Positions 13,343 through 25,282 of a stretch of DNA of 64,000 nt are shown here, piece by piece; position 1 is the first letter of the stretch; every line of letters begins with the position of its first letter. A program made the position numbers and the translations under genes. The stretch is from Zootoca vivipara (taxonomy: Eukaryota): assembly GCF_963506605.1 (NCBI RefSeq), contig NC_083278.1, positions 73,408,001 through 73,472,000 of the forward strand, read 5' to 3'. The notes beneath the pieces are model-generated. The model was not told the DNA's origin. It did not search any database and saw nothing but the letters and a program-made list of their open reading frames with translations.

Positions 13343-13795
13343 TATGTTTTTTCTCTCTTATGTCATTGCGAAGATCCAAAGTGCTGCACTGGGTGAAAGG
13401 GCACATTTTTAGGGAATGCAGCAGTATTCAGCAATACACAGGAGGCATGAGTGAGGCATGCTGCTGCTGCAAAAAGGAGAATTTGCACATAGTTGAAGGG
13501 CAACTGTATCCAGCTGCACCCAGTCAAGGACTTGTTGGGTGCCCAGCTTGGTTCCAAGCTAAGGGCTGTTGGAACTGTTTCAGCTATCACTGCATTAACT
13601 TTAGCAAATAATATGGCTGCTGGGCAGATAGCTTCTGGACTCCAGGCTGGCTGGGCTTTGCAGAGTATGAAAAGCCAGGGCGCATCAACACAGCTCACTG
13701 CAATGGTATGCATTGATGGTATTCTGCACACTTTCATCCCAGGAATTAAATGATATGTACAGTACTTGAACTTTTTGAGCTTGTCAGAGGAACTA

Positions 13796-14033
13796 CAGTC
13801 GTACCTTGGTTCTTGAACGCCTTGGTACTTGTACATTTTGGCTCCCAAACACTAAAAACCCAGAAGTGTTCCGTTTTCCGAACGTTCTTTGGAAGCCGAA
13901 TGCCTGACGCTGCTTCCGCTTGAGTGCAGGAAGCTCCTGCAGCCAATCGGAAGCCGCGCCTTGGTTTTTGAACATTTTTGGAAGTCAAACGGACTTCTGG
14001 AATGGATTCCGTTCGAGAACCAAGGTACAACTG
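13796..14033. mobile_element. Tc1/mariner (Tigger/pogo-like) MITE
   Basis: TA|CAGTCGTACCTTGGTTCT ... AGAACCAAGGTACAACTG|TA. Confidence 0.9.
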
Positions 14034-14064
14034 TATAGCAAAACAAAGGTGTGAAAATAAGGTA

Positions 14065-14590
14065 AGATAATCTTTATTGTCATTGTCCCCTTGCGGGAAC
14101 AACGAAATTAATCAGTTACCACATCCACTCAGATAAAGCTCGGATATTCCACATAATCCAAAATTACTAATAAATCCAAAACACTAATAAAAACAATGCA
14201 ATATGATACAATATAACAAGTAAAATAAGATTACTTCCAAGTCCAGACCTTCCATTTAAGGCCAAAATCGCTCTAGAGAAGAAACTGTTCTTGAGATGGC
14301 TCCTTCTTGCCTCCATTGTTCTATATCTCCGTCCCGATGGCAGGAGCTCGAAGAAACAGTGACCAGGGTGCGTTGGATCTCTTGATATGTCTAGTGCTTT
14401 TCTATGGCACCTGGTGGTATAGATTTGTTCTAAGCTGGAGAGTGAGCAGCCAGTAATGCTCTTTGCTGTTTTAATAATTCTGCACAGCCCTGCTCTATCT
14501 GATAAGTACAGCTTCTGTACCACACACCTAAACCATACGTGAGCACGCTCTATATGGCACAGTGATAGAAGGCAAGCAGCAGCTTTCTCA
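14065..14590 (-). mobile_element. Rex1/Babar-type LINE, 5'-truncated 3' end
   Basis: ORF 14167-14523 has RIIKTAKSITG...DPTHPGHCFFELLPSGRRYR...LKNSFF, the typical Rex1 ORF C-terminus. The 3'UTR ends in ...gacaataaagattatct on the minus strand. Confidence 0.85.
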
Positions 14591-17063
14591 TGCTCTCATG
14601 CTAACCTTATGTTACCAAAAATCCCATCTCTTACAACCCTCTTGCAAAATTATTTGCAGTACAGTGTTTTGTAGAGAGGGAAAATAATTCCATGCATCAG
14701 AAGTAGGAAACTGGATCTGGCAGGCCAGAGCCTTACCTCCCTTACTCTGCACATGTCAATTTAGAGAGGTGGGCCAGGGCTCCCTGACATTATTATAATA
14801 TCAGGCGATAACTTCAGAGGGTTTTCCTCTAACTGTTGATTGGTGGTTACACCAAGTGCCTTTGAAGACGTACTGTACTTTGGATTCAAACCATGCCTAC
14901 ATTTTTCCTCTGCAAACCGGCGAGTTTTCTGGAAACAAAAAATGTTCACTTGCAGGTATGGTTTGAATGCAAACTACACCTGCAAAGGGACTTCAGAGGG
15001 ACTTACTGTAATCTCCAGTCAGCTAATTGGTGGATGCAGAAAGCCTCTTTTGAAGGCACACCAATGGGGAACTCCCCAGTGCAGCTGATCCTAGTGTGGT
15101 TCGCTTTCAGCTAATTAGTGCCATCAGTGATCCAAAGAACAACTGGGAGCTCACTTTAAGCTCCCATCTGTGTCCTGTGTCTTGTGACTGTATCCTGATA
15201 TCAGGTGTGAGGCACATGGATGTGGGGAAAAACAGTCCCAAGGGCTAAATTGGGACTCACGCCCTGCCTAGTTAGGCCCACAGGCTAGAGATCGTCTCAC
15301 CTGTGCTTTATGCTAATAGCAAACTCTTTCTCAGAGTGATTATTCTTATGTAGCCAAAACTGTACGGTCCACATACAAGAGGGAGAAATCAGCAGATTTG
15401 AGAGAGTTCCAAAGTTTCAGAAGTACAACAATGCTTAGCAGCCACAGAACACTAACTATCTGTGAGGGAGCAGAAAATGGGGTAGGAGAGTTGTGTGTCG
15501 CCCACGTGTTGCATGTTTTATACCACTATTTGTACTAGCAGCACAGGTACATTTTTCCTGTATCCCAAAACTCTGAACAGGAGCATTCTATTCTGCAACA
15601 TTTTGCTGCAGGTCTTACTTCTACTTCTTTTACTAGATATGGGAGCATTAGAATAGCTCTCTGTGCAACAAATTCTGTACATTATACACTAGATAATATC
15701 CCTTTAAAAAGATAGTGTGTGTAAAATAAACCAATTAGAAAGTAAGCTCTTACAAGGCTCCTTGCTGCTTTCCTTGTCAATTAGTTAATTTCTTTCCTTT
15801 GACAAGTCAGCTCTGCAAGCTTATCTTCATCACCTTAGAAAGAAATCAAAGGAAAAACAATCAGCTACAGCAGTCTGTCATTTTGTGTTTCCCATGGAGA
15901 TAATTTAACTATAACACAGTGACATTGAACATTGATAGGAAAATGACAGGCCATGATTAAAGTTTTGTCCTAGATGAAATGAATGTCTGGCAGATGAAAA
16001 GAATACATAAAACCCCAAACTAATTCCCATCCCTGACTCTTGCTCAAATGCTTTTTTATTACTGTTATTGCCTAGTATTATGTGGTATGTTGTTTTTAAT
16101 AACCATAATCAAACATCCATTATTGGTTTTCAGCAATAGAAAAATTGTTCTTTCCCCTATATTTTCTCAAGCGGCCTTACAGAGTATAAAGAGTGGTTAC
16201 ATAATTTGTACTCTCACATAAAATACAAGGAGTTTGCTCTGCCCTCAAGCAAGATATTGATGTCAGGCTGTGTGTCCCCCTTCTTTTAAGGGAAAGAGAA
16301 AGGAATAATTTTGTCATGCTATTTTTAGAGTTCAATGTAGATTTCAGCAATTATGCATTGTACTCTGTGGGTGCAGATGTAATTGTTTATTCTAGGCTAT
16401 GAAACTGAAGATACTAATTGTTGGTATGTAAAATTTAGTAAGAGAAGAAGGCACAGTCAGACAACCAATATATGTTTTCAAAGCAATATACGTACGGAAA
16501 CAATTTTTTACAATAAAGCATTGTTTTCAAATCAGCATTGTTGAAATGGCTCACACCATAGCTGCCAAGTTTTCCCTTTTCTCGCGAGGAAGCCTATTCA
16601 GCATAAGGGAAAATCCCTTAAAAAAAGGGATAACTTGGCAGCTATGGCTCACACTGATCCTAAGTGTATTGCCCCCATCTGCACAAAGTATTTCTCCACT
16701 AGTGGTTCCATTCACTTTACTGGAAATGGCAGCTCCGGGCAAGCTTCCTTTTGTTGTTCCCTCCACTGAAGTGTATATGGAGTGAGTGGAGAACCTCCAC
16801 ATAAGCCATGGAGGCACAGAAAGGGATTGCCATATGATGACTGAATGAAACAACTGTTCTGATGCATCAGTCAAGCACCCCTTGGCACAAAAGCTTTCCT
16901 TCTTGTTCTAGATGGAAGAAGAAGAAATGATGTGTACATTTGAGAATGCCTGCTTGTGAATTGTTTCTAAAGCAGTGTTATTCTGCAGAAGCAATACTTG
17001 CTAATTTCAATGGAGCTGACTCAGTGTGGGCACCACTTGCACAGCCCTAAATCTGTCCTTGGG

Positions 17064-17064
<1 letters not shown>

Positions 17065-17110
<46 letters not shown>
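17065..17110. repeat. (TG)n microsatellite
   Basis: Pure dinucleotide run. Confidence 0.97.
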
Positions 17111-17112
<2 letters not shown>

Positions 17113-17379
17113 CATTCTCAAGAGTGTTTCTGATTGTAACCCATTTAATTTCTCACTTCCTATTGCTTCATCACCACCACCACTATCATTTAATTTGTAT
17201 GTAGCCTTTCCATAATTAAAGCCATGCTCAAGGCAATTTAGAACATGCAAATATTTACATAATATTTACCATCTGGGCTATGAAAGCACCCTTGAATCTC
17301 TGAGGCAAAGGCTCTGGGACATATCACATGTGATCTCCGATCTCTATCTCATGTTATCTCATGTTATCTGTGGCCCATT

Positions 17380-17880
17380 AGCAGTAGGAATTCACTATGG
17401 GTTCGAGTTTCAGACACCTGCATATCTTAGAAATTTCTCGGTACCAACATATTGGCATCTTTTCACTAGATTAAATGTATTCCTATCAGAAGTGTTAAAT
17501 GGCAGACTGAGAGTTATCCCTTGTCAAAATAGGATCTGTGTGTGCTCTCAGGACATCGACTGCATGAGGCATATTTTATTGCATTGCGGACAATATGATC
17601 AAGCTAGGGAACTATTGATTAAACCACTATTGGCAAATCGGCCGGGTCAATCTGAAGCCTATTATATCAAATATCTTCTGGACGACAAGTCCAATGATAT
17701 CACAGTGGCTATGGCAAAGTTTCTTTCAGTAGTCATACGAATCAAAGATCCACATACCCATGACTAAACAAATAACGCTTCGGTCTTCCTTCCCTGGGAG
17801 GTTGTCTGTATGAATCTGTATTTTATTCTGAATCCATGTTATGGGTCACTGGACCGCAATGAAGATTATTATTATTATAA
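17380..17880 (+). mobile_element. Non-LTR retrotransposon 3' end (RTE-X-like) with C-terminal zinc knuckle
   Basis: ORF 17330-17767 contains RICVC-x-HILLHC...YLLDD...VAMAKF, followed by a short 3'UTR and an (ATT)n tail at about 17865-17878. The clade assignment is tentative. Confidence 0.65.
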
Positions 17881-20551
17881 ATATAACAAAAGTAGTCAAA
17901 ATAATGAATAAATCACATCAAAAAGTACACAACCATAATGGAATGATTTTTCACACAAATCATAAGATCTAAAAACAATGATATAAAATAACAACAGCCC
18001 CCAACCCCCCAAAACAGTACCCCAAACATTACTCCAACCCAAGAGTCTGTTCAGCAGTCTCAGCTTTTGTAGCTGGAGTCGGTCAAGGCCCTGCCCTCCC
18101 AGGCAAGGTGGAATAGTCCAGCAACGCTGGGAGCAGCTCTTCCAGGACTCACAGCCAATTGACTTCTAGGATAGAAAAAAAGCATAAGCATGCATAGGGT
18201 TGGATACTTTTCTACTTGCATGATATTAATGACTGTAGACATTTGGGATAGACAACATGGATATCAATTATGCAATAGAGAAATGAAAGCTAAATTTTTA
18301 AAAAGTTAGATTATGTAAAAGCAAGGTCCATAAAATTTCCTCTTTGAAAGATTTCTAAGTGTTAGAAGATGGCTATTGTAACAAGAACATGCTAGTGTTA
18401 AATTCTGAAAGAAAGTAGGAATTAAATGTTGAGCCTACTTTATGTTTCGGTTATTACACTTTTAGTGTAATCTGTGGCCTTTACTGACCCACAGACCAAG
18501 GCAGATTGTAGTAACCAAAGAACTATAACACACAGCTAAAGAGTTGCATTTTGTTTACCAGTTTCATACAATTTTATCAACTAATTTGTCCCAGAAATCC
18601 TGAGACATACCTTCAAAAATCAATATTTAATTGTACTGCCGTTATGAAATACATTTATAACAATAGTATTGTGCAGGGTTTTTTGACTCCCAAAATTAAT
18701 CTCATTATATTAAAGAATATGCTGGGTTAATTTGTTTCCCCCCACTGCTGTATACTTTCATGCCACATATACATATACATTTATATCACAAAGCTTTTTA
18801 CAAGATGATAAAAGAATCCAATTAAAAGTTCTGACAAATAAACCATTTTTAAGAAGAATGCATGCTGTATAATTTAGATCTAATCATCAAAGCCAATTAT
18901 GAAGCACAATAAAATGTGTTTTGATGCACTGCTTTTCATTCTAATATAATTTCAATTTTTTAAATTTGAAATATTTAAACTCTAAGGAATATTGCAGGAC
19001 AAATACATCCTCTGGGAAGAATTTTGCTAAAAATAATAAATCATATAATGGAAAAAACCTGTACAATAGATTAGACAGCACCAATGTCATGCATAAAACA
19101 GGATTTTCTGTGCATAATCTGCATCCCTATTTACCACATGTATGCACCTCTCACACATCAACCAGTGTGATCAGCGTGCCAAATAATAGTGAGCAAAGTT
19201 TGATCCAAATAACATTTCACTATTGGAAAAGTTGAACCCCCTTTTAGATACTAGCTGATCAGTCAAAATAACTAAGCAACTATGCCCCATTTTAGAAGGG
19301 AAGTTTGTACAAAAACCTTCACATAGAAGCAAAGAAAGCTTCCTTAAATAGAATCAGACCATGGGTCTATCTAGCTCAGTGTTATTTTTGCTGACTGACT
19401 GTAGCCTTCCAGGATTTCAGAAAGGCGTCCGAGTTAAATATTTAAGTATTGATCAGCTAGAATATAGACTACTAATAAGGGATTCTGCTCAATAATGTCC
19501 TCATTTCTGTGATCCCACTGGGATTAAGTCCGCGATTTGAAGATCTCAAGCTGCATACCAACTTTAAATGAAGGGCCTTACAGACTCACAGGAGCGATGC
19601 AGTAGTTCTTTTTCTAGACCATATTTATTCACACAGGGAAACCCAAAATAGTATCGTCTGAATTCTTCTTGGGGACATATGTTTATTTATATCTGCTTCA
19701 TATCAGAAAAATAATTGTACTAAAGAATTGAGAATTACTAAGCGATATAATCAGCATATCCCAAAAGAAACTGAAGCTTAAACAAAGTGTTGGATTGAAA
19801 CATATATTTGTGTCCCTTGGTTTTAAAGCACTTTGTGTTCATCACAGGTTCAATGTGAGGAAATTAAATCATGCTATAAATAGCAAGTTTGGGCTGCAAT
19901 CTCATGTACTTTTAAGCTTCCCTAATTCCTTTGGAAATCAAGATGGCTGAGTCTGCTGTCCATTGACTCCATGGAACCAGAAATCTATGGTACTTTCACA
20001 CACAGCTGTGCACAGAACTGCCTAATCCTGCGGATACAGTGTGCACAGAGGGACTCCAGTGTGCACATAGAGCTCTATACAAGCAAGGACTGTCCCATGC
20101 TTTGCATACATACCCCAAAACTGAAGTGGAAGCCCCTGCTTCTGTGAATCTCTGTGTGCACATAGAACACTGGACCACCTCCATTGAGTGGGCAGGAAGA
20201 AATTGAATTGGACCATTTTAAACTACTTTGCAGCTTGATTGGCTACTGTGAATGAATGAGACACAGAATTCTCAAGATATTTATAGATTCTGGAGGACAA
20301 GCCAGAACCTCCACAACCTAACAAGCAGCAGAGAACAGCATCCTATTGCAGGCTCCCCCTTGTCATCTATCAGTTACTATTTTGAAGAAGAAAAAAGAAA
20401 TTTGCCAAACTGGTTTATGAGAACTATAATTTTTTAAATTTTTATCTTGGTAAAAATACAAAACAAAACAAGAGATTCCCAAAGCATTACATAAGAGATG
20501 AACTCTTGTCTCTGAACAAAGTTCTTATTTTCTTTCTGGCTTTTATTTCAG

Positions 20552-20822
20552 CTGTGGGAGCCAACTTCTTGAAAGAGTGTGGGAAGTTGACTTAGAGGCC
20601 TGTCAACTGTTGATCCGAGGGTTTCAGCTGCAAGAAGGTGGTTGTTGTGTTTCCGAGGGCGAAGAGAGCCAAACAGATGAAGTGGAGGATACTGCCGATG
20701 CCTCTTTGAGCACCAACCGGGGACAATCAAAACACTTTCCAGTTCAAGATTCCAAGTGGAGTGCTCTCCAGTGCCCTGTTATCCAAAGCAAACAGCAGAG
20801 CACACACTGGGAACTGAAAGAG
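20552..20822 (+). CDS. DISC1: DISC1 coding exon (equivalent to human exon 11), 271 nt, CGSQLLERVWEVDLEACQLLIRGFQLQE...STHWELKE
   Basis: Pyrimidine tract ending ttttatttcag|, donor GAG|gtatca. Matches human CKCPLLGKVWEADLEACRLLIQSLQLQE (from memory). The phase-0 end matches the next exon. Confidence 0.95.
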
Positions 20823-23468
20823 GTATCATGTTGGTTTTTTCCTCGGTTTGCTTTTCAGTTTGTTTTCCACTGATGTCATTCTTTTCATTTTTGACAGGAG
20901 TTTCACTTGGACTTAAATGTTAGCAGCTCTTGTAAAGAGAAATGTATGCTTGGAGTCAGATGGTGAAGCCCAAAGGGACTGTGTCGCACATTACCAGTCT
21001 CCTGCATGGAAGATCACAGTGCATGGGACAGTTCTACTTACCAGTAACCAGTTCCATGTGTTGAGATTTACCAAAGATAGGAAGCAGCTTCAGTGTAGGA
21101 GTTAAGAAGTGGTCCTTAGGGCCCAAACTACACACGGCAATGATGATTTTTCCTCGAGCGAATGCAGAAATAGCCAGCAGAGTCCCCCACACCACCCCCA
21201 AGCTGGGATCCTGGGGTGGGAAATATGGAGGCTTGAGCTCTTTGCCTCCACTGCAGTCCTGATTCTGATTGGAGACCCTGCACCTGCACTTTGCATGGGA
21301 GAGGAAACTTCTCAGCGAAGTGAATGAAAGTCATTTTTGCCCCATGAAAACGGTGGGTGTTGGAGGTCCAGTCAGGGACTGGAACAGAAGAGGTGATAAA
21401 GCCTCCCTCTCTCTTAACCCATATCTGGATTTGACCCCCCAAAACACAGTGCCTATTTCTGTAAGAAAAATAGAAATACAAAAAGAACCACAAGGTTCTC
21501 ATTGCCTATAGTTCCTAACCTTCAAAAAAGCAGGTGAGGGAAGAAACCTAATATACCTGATTCCAGTGCCATGCACAGACGATTGCTACCACTTTCTCTG
21601 TGCTGAATAGAAGAATTCTCACAGAGTACATCTTTCTCATTCATCTTTCCGCTCCCTGAAATGGAAGTCCCAACGCAGTCCATCATCCCTGGCTGTGGGG
21701 AACATGCTTTCTTTGTATTTGGTCATACACCACTTAATATTTCTTTGCAGCCACACTCTCCTTCCAGAGACAGATTCTGTGGAGCTGCAGCATTTCATTT
21801 TATGGTGTCTCATGAAGCTAGAGGCCATACATATCCTGTATTCTACTGGGGAACATTTGTGTGCCCTGATAGTTTGAGTCCTCTAAGAAGGACCACTTCT
21901 TTCAAGCTATAGTCTGAATCTATATTATGCTTCATCTCCTAGTAAGGTGGGCCTCAACTTACTTTTCCTGCCCAGCAACAGTTCCTTGAACAGTTCCTAA
22001 AAGCCCAGGGAGGCCTGAAACATGTTCCAGGTACTAGTTTAATATTGTTTTGTTCCACAGTCCTTGGTGGTTTGTTCGTATCAGAGAGGGAACGATAACC
22101 CAGGACAGCTGAAATTTCCTATTTCTCTGTGGAAGTATGTGATGGATTCAGGGAGACTGATTTCAACATTCTAAATTCTGCCTGCCTTTGCAGTAGCTAT
22201 TAGCTCCACAGGCAAAAAACATGCACCCATGTATGCTGCATTATCACAAATGGCATTCTGAGAGGAAAGTATTTAGAATCAGATTTACAAATTACTGTGG
22301 AAACCGATGATCACAATCTTATCTATCTGAGTCTTCATATATTGATAAGAATGGGTAGGAGCGAAAAGGAAACTTCCTCTGTTTTGAGCCTATAGGGTTT
22401 ATTAGGTGATATCCAATGATGCCCTCTTAATGCACATCAGCACTTTTGCTTTCTCTTTCCCCCTTCCAGCCTTCTGTGCCCCAGCAGTAGCATTCAAAAA
22501 TCTGTAATCAGTTGGGAACTGATCAACTTTACATCAAGTGATAGAAGTTAGCTGTTCTTTAATTTAGTACTTTAATTATACTTCCAATGATTACTTAATA
22601 TCCTTTCAATTTCCAGATGTTTACTTCATTGCCTGGACCAAACATTGTAAACTGGAACCTATTTTCAGGGAAGACAGTTTTAATTGAGGTTTTCTCATGT
22701 AAAATTAGTTTTCCATTGAGCTTTGATTAAAATTTAATCTTCCTTTCTTGGAGAAGATTGATCATGAAAAGAAACATATTTTACTTTATATATGATTTGA
22801 TAATGGACCTAATATATTATACAAGTCAATGCCTATTCTTCCTAGTTCTTTTAGGGTATTGGCTGTTACATTTATATTAATTTATTATCTTTATATGCCA
22901 CCTGGAATATATTTTATGCCTACAGTACTTGGAAAGCTTGAAACTTTCTATTGTGGATGCTGTACGGTACTAATGGGCAATATTCAACATTAGTCATACT
23001 CAGAGTAGATATATTAACATGAATGCATATACCTAATTCCTTGGATTTCAATGGGTCCACTGTGAGCATGGCTTAGTTGGCTATCACCCAGTTACTTTAA
23101 CTTTCTATGGGAATGTATAAATTTATTGTGTAGCATTTATCCCATATCAGTCTATTTACTTGCACAGACCATAATCCTTTTAGTTTGACTTGTATTGAAT
23201 GTTCAATATCACTGATATTTCTATTCCATTTTCCTCTAGCTTATCTAAAACTTAATTACATTATACGTAATGTATCCTGTAAAAAAGAAATACACAGAGA
23301 ATGAAAAACAAAAAGCAACTAGCAATAAACCCCACAAACTGCCCATTGGTGGTGGTGATGACAGTGGCAACAATTACATGCCTCCATCGCCAGCTCTCTT
23401 TATAAAATCAAATACTGAGCTAGAAATCCTCTCTTGTGCTACTAGGAATAATAATGAACTTACTTTCC

Positions 23469-25282
23469 TTTTTAAAAAAATATTTTTTATTAATTTTAAT
23501 ACAAAAAAAGACAAAAGACACACATATAAAACAATTAAATTTTTCAAATCTTATTTCTTAACATTGTATTTGTGACTTCCTCGATTCTCTTCTTCCTGGT
23601 ATTCTTAATATCTTAATATAAATTATGGCGGATTTTCTAATCTTAACTCAAAATCTTTTCCTTAAAATATCACTTTATCCTCCTCCCGTGAGATGCGGCC
23701 TTACAAAGGAGATCCATTTTTGTGTCTGGGTTTCCCTCCCCCCCTCCCCCCTCAGAGCACCCCCTGCCACCAGGTGCTTCCGAGTAAAGAGAGGAAGAGA
23801 GGTAGCTCTCTGCCCAGACATCTATCTAAACATAAAAATAATTATTACAAATCTAAATGTTCCTTCCCCAACCCGTCTTCTTTCTCCCTCCAGAAAATTC
23901 AATAATTATATACAATCATTTCTCTACTCAAAATCTTAACATTTGCTTTTAAACACCCTCCTTCCCCTCCCCCGATGTCATTCCCCCAATTGAACCAACA
24001 TTTCCTTTAACATGCCAAAATTTCAGAGACGGTTATTCAGCCAGCCTGAGTACCTTTTAACTAAAATTTTCATCCCACCCCCCCGTCTTTCCCATTTCCC
24101 CATCCAGGCCTCTGTCCCCCCCCCTCCTTCTTCCAACTCCAGATTTCAGTCCCTCCAGGGTTTTTCTTTTCTTGCTTCTTCATTTCATTTTGTTGTTCGT
24201 TGACCTCATCTTCTTTCTTTTCAAATCCTTGTGCCTCATCCAGCTCCTGTTTTTTTATAATCCAACTCAGTTTTGTCATTGTCCTCTGTTTCTGACTCTT
24301 TAATCTTGATCTCACATTCAGAATTGTCCTTTGAGTCCTGCTCTTGTACCATAATTTCTGTACATGATGGACTGGAATGTTGCAATGTCTTCTGGATGTC
24401 TTTCAGTATTTGCAGATAGTCTAACACCGCCTCCTGGAAGGCCAGGGCATAAGTTGTTTTCATTCTTGCTCTTAACCGCAAGCAGGCAGGAGATTAGGAG
24501 ACAAAAGGCACTGGAAATTTCCTTCCTACTACACGATCGCCTCCATCTTGGCTGTCCTTTCCCATTGTCTTTAACTTGTCCATATATCAAATCCTAATTC
24601 AGGTTAAATTAACTTTAAATTCTTCTTGTAGCAAATTATAGCGTTAAACAGCAGTTCAATGTAGTTGTCTGGTCTTTTGACAGCTTTGACAGCTTTTGAC
24701 AGCTGTCAAAGCGCTTTCCCCCCAGCAATCTTGCTGGTCCTCAAGGGGTGCCGACTCCGGGAGACTGAGAAGGGCTGCCAAAGTCTTCCTTTCTCTCGGG
24801 TTTCCCAATCACTCAAATTCCCTTTCGGCTTAGGGATAATTGCTGCGCCTCTTGATTGACCATTAGGAAGAGATCGACTTCCGTTTTTTAAATCTCCTCC
24901 TTTCCCCCCCCCAAATTGTTGCCAAATTTATCTCAAAGTCCAATTGAGGGTTCCACTTACTTTTTTCCTTTAATTTTCTTTGGAAGAATCCACAGCTAAC
25001 AGGCAGAAGACTCGAGGCTTCGCTTCTCGGAGGTAAGCTGACGTCCAAAATGGCTCCCGCGACTCTTCACTCCGCTGGCTCGCAGGGGCTCTATTGATTC
25101 CCTGGGCAGCAGAGGAATCGCGGTCCGGAGCTCTGCTGGACCTGCGCCCCCGGGACGCTCTTCCCGGGGTTCTTTTGGGGAATCCGCTCGCCCTGTGGAT
25201 TCCCCCCCCCCCCCCCGCGATGCCAGGGACCTCGGAGCTCGAGGTCCCTGCATCCTCTCGCCGGTGCTGCAGACCGGAAGTC
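23469..25282 (-). mobile_element. Complete 1.8-kb non-autonomous L1-like retroelement
   Basis: Perfect 14-bp TSD TGAACTTACTTTCC at 23455-23468 and 25283-25296. CpG-rich 5' end starting GACTTCCGG; AATAAA and an A-rich 3' end; no RT ORF. Confidence 0.8.

Noticed and set aside
13363-13848. 161-aa minus-strand ORF and overlapping plus-strand ORFs
   Set aside because: It starts inside a Tigger-like MITE, has no recognisable homology and no convincing splice context.
20823-20873. 3' extension of ORF 20577-20873 (VSCWFFPRFAFQFVFH) as part of the exon
   Set aside because: Homology ends at ...ELKE, and the donor at 20823 is in phase with the next exon, so the extension is intron read-through.
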